A stretch of 64,000 nucleotides of DNA from an uncultured bacterium. Lineage in GTDB: Bacteria; Pseudomonadota; Gammaproteobacteria; Pseudomonadales; JADFDG01. Positions 1 through 9,605 of the stretch are shown here, piece by piece (positions within the stretch are counted from its first letter, which is position 1; the number at the start of each line of letters is the position of its first letter). The position numbers were made by a program, and so were the translations under genes. Below the pieces are notes generated by a model. It was given only the letters and a program-made list of their open reading frames with translations, was not told where the DNA came from and did not search any database. The stretch spans positions 361,907 through 425,906 of the forward strand of contig CBDDRC010000042.1 of assembly GCA_965232985.1 (NCBI GenBank), in the 5' to 3' direction.

Positions 1-53
1 CTTGCGACACCGGTTGCGTTCGCGCATGACCCGGCTGAACATGCGAAGGAAAT

Positions 54-85
54 CAGCACAGTCGGTGCCGGCCCCGACTGTGCTG
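54..85 (+). other. GC-rich stem-loop (12-bp perfect stem) immediately upstream of the Met-rich ORF
   Basis: CAGCACAGTCGG (54-65) is the exact reverse complement of CCGACTGTGCTG (74-85). No U-tract follows, so it could be a terminator of an upstream gene or a regulatory hairpin. Confidence 0.4.
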
Positions 86-87
86 CC

Positions 88-273
88 ATGAAGAACATGG
101 ATATGTCGACGCTGGCCATGAACGACCCGGTCGCACAAGCCATGCACCAGAAGTGCATGCAAGCGCAAGGCACGGATGGAGATCGCGCCGGCCACGACAT
201 GAAGTCGATGCCCATGCCCATGCCGATGCCGATGCCGAAGAAAACCGACGCACCCGATCAAGGGAGCCACTGA
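88..273 (+). CDS. Small Met-rich protein (61 aa), putative Cu(I)-binding peptide
   Basis: 12 Met in 61 aa, including SMPMPMPMPMPKK, plus His and Cys. Its TGA overlaps the ATG of the downstream oxidase (TGATG at 271-275). No obvious signal peptide or strong SD. Confidence 0.5.
   Translation: MKNMDMSTLAMNDPVAQAMHQKCMQAQGTDGDRAGHDMKSMPMPMPMPMPKKTDAPDQGSH
208..237 (+). repeat. (ATGCCN)x5 hexanucleotide tract encoding MPMPMPMPMP
   Basis: atgcccatgcccatgccgatgccgatgccg read directly; in frame within ORF 88-273. Confidence 0.9.
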
Positions 274-1748
274 TGATCAGCCGCCGCACCCTGCTGCAAA
301 TCATCGGCGTCGGCAGCGCCGGCCTGTTCGCCGGCCTTGCCCGCAGCGCGCCCGCCGCTCACGACATGAGCGACATGGCCAGCATGGAGATGCCCGAGCC
401 GGCCACGCCAGCACCCGTATCTGCGCCAGCGGATCCAACTACGCCGGATATGCTGCCGCCAGCAAAACTGCAGCGACACCCTCAGGGTTACCTGCCGGTG
501 CGCACGCTGAACGGCTGGACGCTGCCGTACAAACTCAACGGCGGTGTGAAGGAATTTCATCTTGTTGCGGAAGAAATCGAGCATGAATTTGCGCCGGGAT
601 CGCGCGCCAAATGCTGGGGCTACAACGGCACCACGCCGGGGCCGACCATTGAAGCCGTAGAAGGTGACCGCGTACGCATTTTTGTCACCAATCGCTTGGG
701 GGAATGGACCAGCGTGCATTGGCATGGCATCGATTTGCCCGCTGGTTACGACGGCGTTGGCGGTCTTAACCAGCCGCACATCAAGCCGGGTGAAACTTAT
801 GTGTACGAATTTATTCTGCGCCAGCACGGCACGCACATGTATCACCCCCATGCCGACGAAATGACGCAGATCGCGTTCGGCATGATGGGCCTTTTCATCA
901 TCCACCCGAAAAAACCCGAAGAAGTACGGATTGATCGCGATTACGCTTTTTTGCTGCACAACTGGGCGCTGCATCCGGGCACCTGGCGACCGGATCCGGC
1001 GGTAATGCTCAACTTCGATATCTGGACCTTCAACAGCAAGAGTTTTCCGGCCATCGAACACCTGGTGATGCGCACCGGTGAGCGCATGCGCATCCGCATC
1101 GGCAATGTGTCGATGTGGAACCACCCCATTCATCTGCACAGCAATCCGTTCTGGGTTACCGGTTCCGATGGCGGTCGCTGGCCACGATCGCAATGGCGGC
1201 GCGAAGTCACCGAAATCATCGGCGTGGGCCAGATGCGCGATCTCGAATTTATTGCCACTGAACCGGGCGACTGGGCGCTGCATTGCCACATGAGTCATCA
1301 CACGATGGGGCCAATGGGTCATGAGTTGCCCAATGCGGTTGGTGTTGATCAATCGGGCGTGGAAGATGAAATCCGCAAAGCGTTGCCCGGGTACGTGGCC
1401 ATGGGGAAAAGCGGCATGGCCGAGCACGCCGGTCATGTGGCCATGGGCATGTTGCCTGGCCCGAAAAATACGCTGCCGATGATGGCCGGCGAAGGACAAT
1501 TCGGCCCGCTTGAAATGGGCGGGATGTTCACGGTTGTAAAAGTGCGCAACGACATGAAAACTGGCGATTACCGCGATCCCGGCTGGTATGCCTATCCGCC
1601 GGACAAAATCGCGCGCCGGATCAGTGACGATCCAAACTTCGGCAGCCCGCAGCGGCAAAATCCCTATGCCACGACAAACGAAATGACCACAACGCCGGCA
1701 GCGGCGACATCCGCGCCAGTCCCAGGCCATGCCGGGCATGGCGAATAA
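273..1748 (+). CDS. Tat-exported multicopper oxidase (copper-resistance type)
   Basis: ATG at 273 is preceded by AAGGGAG. Twin-arginine signal MISRRTLLQIIGVGSAGLFAGLARSAPA. Copper-ligand motifs HWHG, HPHADEM, HLHSNPF and HCHMSHH. Met/His-rich C-terminal segment. The ORF-track start at 153 gives an Arg/His-rich non-signal extension and was rejected. Confidence 0.9.
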   Translation: MISRRTLLQIIGVGSAGLFAGLARSAPAAHDMSDMASMEMPEPATPAPVSAPADPTTPDMLPPAKLQRHPQGYLPVRTLNGWTLPYKLNGGVKEFHLVAEEIEHEFAPGSRAKCWGYNGTTPGPTIEAVEGDRVRIFVTNRLGEWTSVHWHGIDLPAGYDGVGGLNQPHIKPGETYVYEFILRQHGTHMYHPHADEMTQIAFGMMGLFIIHPKKPEEVRIDRDYAFLLHNWALHPGTWRPDPAVMLNFDIWTFNSKSFPAIEHLVMRTGERMRIRIGNVSMWNHPIHLHSNPFWVTGSDGGRWPRSQWRREVTEIIGVGQMRDLEFIATEPGDWALHCHMSHHTMGPMGHELPNAVGVDQSGVEDEIRKALPGYVAMGKSGMAEHAGHVAMGMLPGPKNTLPMMAGEGQFGPLEMGGMFTVVKVRNDMKTGDYRDPGWYAYPPDKIARRISDDPNFGSPQRQNPYATTNEMTTTPAAATSAPVPGHAGHGE

Positions 1749-1770
1749 TTTCCAGCAGAGGATTCAATGC

Positions 1771-2337
1771 ATGAAAACATTCATCACATCAGTGCTATTG
1801 ATTGGTGTACTGACGATTCTCGGTGGCGTGGCGTTTATTTATTCAGGCGCGTATCCGGTCGGCGCCGACAACCACCACACGGCGCCGGTGCACTGGGCTT
1901 TGGAAACACTCCGAAAACGCTCCATTGCCGCGCAAAGTGCGGATATCAAAGTGCCGCCACTTGATGATCCGCAGATGCTGTTGTCGGGCGGTACCGACTA
2001 CAATGACATGTGCGCCGGTTGTCACCTGAAACCGGGAAAAACCCGCTCGGATATGAGTCTGGGCCTGTATCCCGTGCCGCTGAACCTGGCGGCCCCTGCC
2101 GTTACAACCGATGTTGGCAACAACAACGCAGAAAATCGTGAACGCGCAGCCGCGCGACAGTTCTGGGTCATCAAGCACGGCATCAAGGCTTCCGGCATGC
2201 CGGCCTGGGGCATAACCCACGACGACCCGCGTATCTGGGCCATGGTCGCGTTTGTGCAACGGCTGCCGACGCTGACGCCGGCGCAGTACCAGATCCTGAC
2301 GGTACGGGAGCCTGCCGATGCGCGCATGATGCATTGA
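1771..2337 (+). CDS. Membrane-anchored monohaem c-type cytochrome
   Basis: Single CAGCH haem-binding motif. N-terminal hydrophobic anchor MKTFITSVLLIGVLTILGGVAFIY. AGAGGA SD upstream of ATG 1771; 22 nt after the oxidase stop. Confidence 0.8.
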   Translation: MKTFITSVLLIGVLTILGGVAFIYSGAYPVGADNHHTAPVHWALETLRKRSIAAQSADIKVPPLDDPQMLLSGGTDYNDMCAGCHLKPGKTRSDMSLGLYPVPLNLAAPAVTTDVGNNNAENRERAAARQFWVIKHGIKASGMPAWGITHDDPRIWAMVAFVQRLPTLTPAQYQILTVREPADARMMH

Positions 2338-2473
2338 CTACCCGGACACTTTTGTTTTTCCACAGCCCGCGAGGAGCACGCGCCATGTGCCGGAATTTAT
2401 TCCGTGCGCTGTTACACAGACCAACAAGCCTGCCTGACGCCAGGCTCCAGAACATTTCTGCAGGAGAACGCAA

Positions 2474-3853
2474 ATGGAAATAGGATTTTTCGGTGCCGCC
2501 GGCACAGTCACCGGCTCGCGCTACTTGGTGAGTTCGGAAAAATCCCGTGTCCTGATTGATTGCGGATTGTTTCAGGGCTACAAACAATTGCGCGAACGCA
2601 ACTGGGCGGAGTTGCCCTTTGAGGGCGATACGCTGGATGCTGTCCTGTTGACACATGCGCATCTCGATCACAGTGGTTATTTGCCCCTGCTGATCAAAAA
2701 CGGCTTTCGGGGGCCAGTGTATTGCACGCAAGCCACCGCTGCACTGTGCGCCATTTTACTGCCCGACAGCGGCCGCCTGCAGGAAGAACAGGCCGACAGC
2801 GCCAACCGCCACAAGGCGTCAAAACATTCGCCAGCATTGCCGCTGTATACCGAAAAGGATGCGGCGCGCGCACTGGAATACCTGGAAGAAATGCCATTCA
2901 ACCAGGAGTTCGCGGTAGCGAATGATCTACACGCACGTTTTTTGCCTGCCGGACATATCCTGGGTGCGGCGATGATCCAGTTGCGCGATGACAAAACGCG
3001 CATCCTGTTCAGCGGCGATCTCGGGCGACCCCACGATACGATCATGCAGCCACCGGCCGACATGCCAGAAACGGATTATCTGGTGGTTGAATCCACATAC
3101 GGCAACCGGCTGCACGATGCTCGCGATCCACATATCCAGCTGGGTGAAATCATCCAGCGTACCGCCGCGCGTGGCGGCATCGTGATCGTGCCTTCATTTG
3201 CCGTGGGGCGCACTCAAAGCCTGCTGTGGTGCATCCATCGACTGAAGTCAGAAGGACTCATTCCGGCACAACTGCCCGTTTATCTCAACAGCCCGATGGC
3301 GATTGATGTCACAGCCATCTACCATCAACACCGAAGCGAACATCGCCTGACACCGGAACAATGCGATGCCATGTGCCATACGGCGCATTATGTCAACAGT
3401 GTTGAGGAATCGAAGGCGCTCAATGACCGCCATGGCCCGATGATCATTATTGCCGGCAGTGGCATGGCAACGGGCGGACGTGTCGTGCATCACCTGAAGG
3501 CTTTTGCGCCTGATGCACGCAATACCATTGTTTTTGCCGGTTTCCAGGCGGGGGGTACACGCGGTGCGTCCATGCTGGCGGGGGCCCCGACCATTCGCAT
3601 TTACGGTGAGGATGTGCCGTTGCGTGCGGAGGTGGCATTGATCAATGCACTTTCCGCACACGCTGATTATGCCGAGGTACTTGCCTGGCTTGGCAGTGCA
3701 AAGAAGCCGCCCCTGAAAACGTTTATCACGCACGGTGAGCCGGATGCGTCGGATGCGTTGCGCCTGCACATTCAGGACACCTTGGGCTGGCGTTGCTCCG
3801 TACCCGCCTATCGTGATGTGGTTGAACTGAATGATGGCAGCGCAGGACGGTAA
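2474..3853 (+). CDS. MBL-fold beta-CASP hydrolase (RNA-metabolising metallo-beta-lactamase family)
   Basis: HAHLDHSG (HxHxDH) motif, a beta-CASP-like middle region and a C-terminal SAHADYAE...THGEP motif typical of the CPSF73/RNase J-like family. AGGAGA SD upstream. Confidence 0.85.
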   Translation: MEIGFFGAAGTVTGSRYLVSSEKSRVLIDCGLFQGYKQLRERNWAELPFEGDTLDAVLLTHAHLDHSGYLPLLIKNGFRGPVYCTQATAALCAILLPDSGRLQEEQADSANRHKASKHSPALPLYTEKDAARALEYLEEMPFNQEFAVANDLHARFLPAGHILGAAMIQLRDDKTRILFSGDLGRPHDTIMQPPADMPETDYLVVESTYGNRLHDARDPHIQLGEIIQRTAARGGIVIVPSFAVGRTQSLLWCIHRLKSEGLIPAQLPVYLNSPMAIDVTAIYHQHRSEHRLTPEQCDAMCHTAHYVNSVEESKALNDRHGPMIIIAGSGMATGGRVVHHLKAFAPDARNTIVFAGFQAGGTRGASMLAGAPTIRIYGEDVPLRAEVALINALSAHADYAEVLAWLGSAKKPPLKTFITHGEPDASDALRLHIQDTLGWRCSVPAYRDVVELNDGSAGR

Positions 3854-3860
3854 GCCGGCA

Positions 3861-5393
3861 ATGAACAACCACGCGTTGCGCCTGCGTGCGCTGGGTATCG
3901 ACACCCAACAGCAATACGTCATCTATATGCGCAGCGACTGCGAAGTCTGCCGCGCCGAAGGGTTTGAGGCGCGGACGCGTCTTGAAGTAATTTTGGGTGA
4001 TCGCCACATCATTGCCACACTCAACATGTTGCGCCCGGATATGGCGCAGGCTGATGGCGTGCAAACCACGCTGCTGGCAGCCGGCGAAGCGAGTCTGTCG
4101 ATCAGTGCGTGGCAGGCATTGGGTGCGGTACCGGGTGACAGCATCAGGGTGGCGCATCCACCGACGCTTGATTCCCTGGGGGCCATGCGCGCCAAGATAT
4201 ACGGCCATCGGCTCGAAGCATCGGCATTGAGCGCCATTATCGGCGACGTGGTTGCCGGCCACTATTCGGACATCCACCTGGCGGCTTTTCTGAGTGCCTG
4301 TGCCGGCGGCCGCATGGATCTGCAGGAAACGATTGATCTGACCGGTGCCATGGTTGACGCAGGCGACCGCATCGATTGGGGAAGCACGCCCATTGCCGAC
4401 AAGCATTGTGTCGGCGGCTTGCCGGGCAATCGCACCACGCCGATCGTGGTGGCGATCGTGACGGCGGCCGGCCTGACGATGCCGAAAACCTCGTCGCGTG
4501 CCATTACCTCGCCGGCCGGCACCGCTGATGTGATGGAAACATTGACATGCGTCGATCTCGATCTGCCAACCATGCGCCGCGTGGTCGAGCGCGAGGGCGG
4601 CTGTTTCGTCTGGGGCGGCCGGATGAGCCTGAGCCCGGCCGACGACATTTTGATCCGCGTCGAGCGGCCACTTGATCTCGATAGCGATGCGCAACTCGTA
4701 GCATCCGTACTGTCGAAAAAAATTGCGGCCGGCGCCACGCATGCATTAATCGATATTCCGGTCGGCCCCACTGCCAAGGTACGCAGCGAAGCAGATGCCA
4801 TGCATCTGCAAGCATTGATGGAAAAGGTGGCGCTGGCGCATGGATTGAATGTGCGCGTATTGCGCACCGAAGGTACCCAACCGGTCGGTCGCGGTATTGG
4901 TCCGGCGCTGGAAGCGCATGATGTGCTGGCCGTGTTGCGGCGGGATGTTGCGGCACCGGTGGATTTGCGCGCGCGCGCGCTGGTGCTGGCCGGCGAATTG
5001 CTGGAATTTTGTGGCCACGACAAACCCGGCAGTGGTTATGCAGCAGCCGAAAAACTACTGGCCAGTGGCGCCGCCTGGGAAAAATTCCAGGCAATCTGCG
5101 AGGCCCAGGGCGGCTTGCGTGTGCCGGGTGTTGCCCCGTTGCAGGCAGCGGTATTGGCGACGCATACCGGGCACATTGCCAGCATCGATAACCGGCGGCT
5201 GGCGCGCGCCGCCAAACTGGCCGGCGCACCAGGGGCTTTGACTGCCGGCCTGGTGCTGCATGTGCGGCCGGGTGATCACGTGCAACGAGGCATGCCCTTG
5301 TTCACGCTGCACGCCGAGTCACCCGGGGAGCTCGCTTATGCGCAGCGTTATCTAGCGACACACCCGATCTTCACGCTGACCGACGAGGAGTGA
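3861..5393 (+). CDS. Thymidine phosphorylase family protein, long AMP-phosphorylase-like branch
   Basis: 510 aa. DKHCVGG...[14 protein letters not shown] core of the pyrimidine-nucleoside phosphorylase fold, plus a roughly 90-aa N-terminal extension ([23 protein letters not shown]...). Starts 7 nt after the preceding stop. Confidence 0.8.
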   Translation: MNNHALRLRALGIDTQQQYVIYMRSDCEVCRAEGFEARTRLEVILGDRHIIATLNMLRPDMAQADGVQTTLLAAGEASLSISAWQALGAVPGDSIRVAHPPTLDSLGAMRAKIYGHRLEASALSAIIGDVVAGHYSDIHLAAFLSACAGGRMDLQETIDLTGAMVDAGDRIDWGSTPIADKHCVGGLPGNRTTPIVVAIVTAAGLTMPKTSSRAITSPAGTADVMETLTCVDLDLPTMRRVVEREGGCFVWGGRMSLSPADDILIRVERPLDLDSDAQLVASVLSKKIAAGATHALIDIPVGPTAKVRSEADAMHLQALMEKVALAHGLNVRVLRTEGTQPVGRGIGPALEAHDVLAVLRRDVAAPVDLRARALVLAGELLEFCGHDKPGSGYAAAEKLLASGAAWEKFQAICEAQGGLRVPGVAPLQAAVLATHTGHIASIDNRRLARAAKLAGAPGALTAGLVLHVRPGDHVQRGMPLFTLHAESPGELAYAQRYLATHPIFTLTDEE

Positions 5394-5397
5394 TGCC

Positions 5398-6285
5398 GTG
5401 AATACGCCCGTGGTCATCGCCATGCCCGGCAACGAGCGACTCGCCGACGAACTGGTGGCGCTGCTGGGACTGCAGCGTGGCGCAGCCACGGTGCGACATT
5501 TTCCCGACGGCGAATCACATGTGCGAATCGAAACACCGATCGCCAAACGCCATGCACTTATCGTCTGCACACTCGATAGGCCCGATGAAAAACTGGTGCC
5601 GCTGTTGTTGCTGGCATCTGCAGCCCGTGATGCCGACGCGCTGTCGGTAGGTTTGGTTGCGCCTTATCTTGCCTACATGCGCCAGGACCGGCAGTTTCAT
5701 CCGGGCGAAACGATCAGTGCCCGGCATATCGGCGCCTGGATTTCGCAGCATGTCGATTGGCTGGTCACAGTCGACCCGCATCTGCACCGCATTGCCGAGC
5801 TGTCTGCGGTCTACAGCATGCCGTCACGCGTTGTACATGCCGCCGACAGCGTGGCGCAGTGGGTGCGCGCAAACATTCCTCAACCGCTGCTGATCGGGCC
5901 GGATGAAGAAAGCAGGCAGTGGGTGCGGGATGTGGCGCAGCGTGCCGACGTGCCGTTTATGGTGCTGACAAAAACCCGCCATGGCGATCGCGATGTGGCG
6001 GTGTCGGTGCCGGACGTGGAACGCTGGCACGCACACACGCCGGTATTGATTGACGACATCGTCTCGACGGCGCGGACCATGATCGAAACCGTGGCGCATC
6101 TGCGCCGTGCTGGCCTCGCGGCGCCGGTGTGTGTTGCCGTGCATGCGGTATTTGCACAAACAGCGTACGCTGACCTGCGCGCGGCAGGCGCGGCGGAGGT
6201 CGTCAGTTGCGACACGATTATTCATCCTTCGAATCGCATTGGGCTGGCGCCGGCCATCGCGGCGGGTGTGCGCGGGTTTTTGTGA
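5398..6285 (+). CDS. Ribose-phosphate pyrophosphokinase (PRPP synthetase)-like protein
   Basis: GTG start 7 nt after GAGGAG. Motifs [20 protein letters not shown] and the PRPP loop [10 protein letters not shown]. 4 nt after the preceding stop. Confidence 0.8.
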   Translation: MNTPVVIAMPGNERLADELVALLGLQRGAATVRHFPDGESHVRIETPIAKRHALIVCTLDRPDEKLVPLLLLASAARDADALSVGLVAPYLAYMRQDRQFHPGETISARHIGAWISQHVDWLVTVDPHLHRIAELSAVYSMPSRVVHAADSVAQWVRANIPQPLLIGPDEESRQWVRDVAQRADVPFMVLTKTRHGDRDVAVSVPDVERWHAHTPVLIDDIVSTARTMIETVAHLRRAGLAAPVCVAVHAVFAQTAYADLRAAGAAEVVSCDTIIHPSNRIGLAPAIAAGVRGFL

Positions 6286-6299
6286 AAACGGAGAACATT

Positions 6300-8663
6300 A
6301 TGAATCACGATGAGCACAGGCCACCGGCGAAAGCCACCGAACACAAGGATCCGGTGTGCGGCATGACCGTGCAGGAAAATACACCGCACCGTTACGTACA
6401 CGACGGCCAAAATTATTTTTTCTGTAATCCGAAATGCGTCGCAAAATTCCAGGCCGATCCGCAGCGTTATCTCGCGCCGGCGGGCGCGCAGGGTGAACAA
6501 GCCCCGCCACCGGCGAACGAAGCCGCCGCGCCTGGCACCATCTACACCTGCCCGATGCACCCGGAGATTCGTCAGGATCACCCCGGCGCCTGCCCGAAAT
6601 GCGGCATGGCCCTGGAGCCGGAAATGCCGTCGGCAGAGGAAGAGGAAAATCCCGAGCTCGCCGATTTTCGTCGCCGCTTTTGGTGGACGCTGCCGCTCAC
6701 TGTTGTTGTAACGGCGCTCGCCATGGGCGGCCACCGGCTTGACCTGTTTGATATGGCCACCCAAACCTGGATCGAACTGGTGCTGTCATTGCCGATCGTA
6801 CTGTGGGCCGGGCAACCATTTTTTGTGCGCGGTTTTCAGTCGGTGGTCCACCGCAGTCCGAACATGTGGACGCTGATCGGTCTGGGCACCGGCGCGGCGT
6901 TTGTTTACAGCGTGGCCGCAACCATTGCTCCGCAGTGGTTTCCCGAATCGTTTATGTCGATGGGGCGCATCGGAGTCTATTTTGAAGCAGCAGCAGTCAT
7001 CATCTCCCTGACGCTGCTCGGACAAATACTGGAACTCAAGGCGCGCTCGCAAACATCGGCAGCGATACGCTCACTGCTGGGTCTTTCGCCAAAAATTGCG
7101 CGGCGCATCAACGCCGACGGCAGCGAAGCGGATATCGAAATCACCCATGTGCATGTCGGCGATCAACTGCGTATTCGGCCCGGTGAAAAAGTACCGGTGG
7201 ACGGTGTCGTGGTTGAAGGCAGCAGTGCGATTGATGAATCGATGCTCACCGGTGAACCGATGCCGGTCACCAAGCGCATTGGCGACAAAGTCATCGGGGC
7301 AACGATAAATACCAGCGGCTCACTGGTGATGCGCTCAGAACGCATCGGCTCGCAGACCGTGCTGGCGCAAATTGTGCAGATGGTGGTGCAGGCGCAGCGC
7401 TCGCGTGCGCCAATGCAGCGCATGGCCGATGTCGTCGCCGGCTATTTTGTGGTTGGCGTCGTTTCCATTGCGATCACGACGTTTTTTGCCTGGGGGCTGT
7501 TCGGCCCGGCACAGGGCTGGGTTTACGGCCTGATCAACGCGGTGGCGGTGCTGATCATCGCCTGCCCCTGCGCGCTGGGCCTTGCCACACCCATGTCGAT
7601 CATGGTGGCCACCGGGCGCGGCGCCACCGCCGGCGTGTTGTTCCGCGATGCGGCGGCAATCGAGCACCTGCGCAAGGTCGATACGTTGATCATCGACAAA
7701 ACCGGCACCCTCACCGACGGCAAACCCGCGTTTGAACAAGTCATTCCGGCACCGGATTTTTCCGCGGATGAAGTATTGCGGCTCGCCGCCAGTCTTGATC
7801 AGGGCAGCGAGCACCCGCTGGCTGCCGCAATTGTTGCTGCGGCGCGCGAACGCAAATTAACTCTGGTGAAAGCCGATGACTTTGAGTCCAGCAGTGGTAT
7901 TGGTGTACGCGGGCGCGTTGAAGGCCACGCCCTGGCGCTCGGCAACACGGCCTTGATGGAGCAGATCAAGGTCGATGTCGCGCCGCTGCACGCGCAGGCT
8001 GAAGCATTGCGTGCCGAAGGCGCCAGCGTGATGCATCTCGCGGTCGATGGAAAACTGGCCGGCCTGCTCGCGGTATCCGACCCGGTGAAGGCGACGACGC
8101 CGGATGCGCTTGCCGCTCTGCGTGCCGCCGGGCTGCGCGTAATCATGGCCACCGGCGATGGCGTCACTACGGCAAACGCCATCGGGCGCCGCCTCGGGAT
8201 CGATGAGATCCATGGCGAGGTCAAACCTGCCGACAAACTTGCGCTGGTGGAAAAACTGCAACGTGAAGGCTGCATCGTGGCTATGGCTGGCGACGGCATC
8301 AACGATGCACCGGCACTGGCAAAGGCAAACGTGGGCATTGCCATGGGCACCGGCACTGACGTGGCTATGAACAGCGCACAGTTGACGCTGGTGAAAGGTG
8401 ACCTGCGTGGCATAGCGACGGCACGCAGGTTGTCGCAAGCCACGGTTGCCAACATGAAACAAAATCTGATGTTTGCGCTGGTCTACAACGCACTTGGAGT
8501 GCCGATTGCCGCCGGCGTGCTGTATCCGCTCACCGGCTGGCTGTTGTCACCGCTGATTGCTGCGCTGGCGATGAGCCTGAGTTCGGTATCGGTGATTTCC
8601 AATGCGCTGCGCCTGCGCGGCACGCGTATCGGTACGGCCGCGCAGCATCACCTGCCAAAGTAG
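6300..8663 (+). CDS. copA: Cu+/Ag+-translocating P1B-type ATPase
   Basis: CPC in [32 protein letters not shown]...P and MSLSSVSV motifs. The N-terminus has a YHS/TRASH-like DPVCGMTV...[12 protein letters not shown] module and a CPMHPE...CPKCGM module. Start taken at ATG 6300 (MNHDEH), 14 nt after the prs-like stop. Confidence 0.9.
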   Translation: MNHDEHRPPAKATEHKDPVCGMTVQENTPHRYVHDGQNYFFCNPKCVAKFQADPQRYLAPAGAQGEQAPPPANEAAAPGTIYTCPMHPEIRQDHPGACPKCGMALEPEMPSAEEEENPELADFRRRFWWTLPLTVVVTALAMGGHRLDLFDMATQTWIELVLSLPIVLWAGQPFFVRGFQSVVHRSPNMWTLIGLGTGAAFVYSVAATIAPQWFPESFMSMGRIGVYFEAAAVIISLTLLGQILELKARSQTSAAIRSLLGLSPKIARRINADGSEADIEITHVHVGDQLRIRPGEKVPVDGVVVEGSSAIDESMLTGEPMPVTKRIGDKVIGATINTSGSLVMRSERIGSQTVLAQIVQMVVQAQRSRAPMQRMADVVAGYFVVGVVSIAITTFFAWGLFGPAQGWVYGLINAVAVLIIACPCALGLATPMSIMVATGRGATAGVLFRDAAAIEHLRKVDTLIIDKTGTLTDGKPAFEQVIPAPDFSADEVLRLAASLDQGSEHPLAAAIVAAARERKLTLVKADDFESSSGIGVRGRVEGHALALGNTALMEQIKVDVAPLHAQAEALRAEGASVMHLAVDGKLAGLLAVSDPVKATTPDALAALRAAGLRVIMATGDGVTTANAIGRRLGIDEIHGEVKPADKLALVEKLQREGCIVAMAGDGINDAPALAKANVGIAMGTGTDVAMNSAQLTLVKGDLRGIATARRLSQATVANMKQNLMFALVYNALGVPIAAGVLYPLTGWLLSPLIAALAMSLSSVSVISNALRLRGTRIGTAAQHHLPK

Positions 8664-8701
8664 TGTCCAACTCGTTTCACCCACATCTCCCGGAGGAGAC
8701 C

Positions 8702-9049
8702 ATGAAAGCAGCAACCCTGATGGCACTTGTTACCGCATTCACCCTCACCACCGCGCAGGCGGAAGAGGCCACCACTGCCACCAAAACCATGCCCGCCAAA
8801 AGCATGCCGATGCAGGACATGGCAGGCTGCAAGGACAAACCGTCGCCGCAGCAGATGGAAAAAATGGGCGAGAGCATGCAGAACTGCAAAGAGATGATGT
8901 CCCCAGAGCATATGGAAATGATGCATCAGCATATGCAGGACATGCACTCGACCGCCGCGCCGGGAATGCAGGGCAAGGATGGCATGAAGGATGCCCAGCC
9001 CGCCGCCGACCATGCGGCACATCATCCGGAAACGCCAGCGAAGAAGTAA
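8702..9049 (+). CDS. Secreted Met/His-rich protein, putative periplasmic copper-binding protein
   Basis: GGAGGAG SD. Signal peptide MKAATLMALVTAFTLTTAQA. The mature part is rich in M, H and C (MEMMHQHMQDMH, HAAHHPE). Confidence 0.65.
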   Translation: MKAATLMALVTAFTLTTAQAEEATTATKTMPAKSMPMQDMAGCKDKPSPQQMEKMGESMQNCKEMMSPEHMEMMHQHMQDMHSTAAPGMQGKDGMKDAQPAADHAAHHPETPAKK

Positions 9050-9097
9050 CCCGGTTGTGCTTGTGTATGCGGCCGGCAACCCTTCAGGGAGACAGCA

Positions 9098-9334
9098 ATG
9101 ATGAATTGGACTGGCATGGATGGATGGATGGGCGGGGGCTGGATTTTCATGGCTCTTTTTTGGGTGTTGATCATCCTGGCGGTCGTCGCTCTGGTGCGAC
9201 GGACGGATATCGGCCGCAATGAAAGTCGGGATGCACCCCGCAAAACGCCGATCGAAATACTCCAGGAGCGCTATGCGCGGGGAGAAATCGAGCGTGAAGA
9301 GTATGAGCAGAAACGCCGCGATCTTGACGGCTGA
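9098..9334 (+). CDS. SHOCT domain-containing small membrane protein
   Basis: One TM segment (GWIFMALFWVLIILAVVALV) followed by the C-terminal motif LQERYARGEIEREEYEQKRRDL, typical of SHOCT. Confidence 0.75.
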   Translation: MMNWTGMDGWMGGGWIFMALFWVLIILAVVALVRRTDIGRNESRDAPRKTPIEILQERYARGEIEREEYEQKRRDLDG

Positions 9335-9605
9335 CCGCTTACGCTCGCTCGCGAGGCGCGCAAGAGGGCTTATTCGCATGTCGCAGGCAACACCGCCGCA
9401 CCGAAATGATTCGCCGCCCGGATAAACCCGGCGCCGCACGCACGCACCCGGTGCGCTGACCCGCACAACCGACCGGAAAAACTGCCTTCAGCTTCTGGCA
9501 TCAAACTTGCTTCCTACCTGCACGACGTCGCCTCACCCGAAACGGGGATGAGCGCGACGCCGGCTTGGACGCCGGAATCCTTTCCGCTGCCCGGAGTCCT
9601 GCCCC

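Noticed and set aside
153-272. Upstream extension of the oxidase ORF (ORF-track start at 153)
   Set aside because: The extension is an Arg/His/Asp-rich out-of-frame read of the Met-rich mini-ORF region. ATG 273 has a strong SD and begins a canonical twin-arginine signal.
258-1739. 493-aa ORF antisense to the multicopper oxidase
   Set aside because: A typical high-G+C shadow ORF. It is Arg/Ala/Gly/His-rich with no motifs, and the opposite strand carries all four copper-ligand motifs and a Tat signal.
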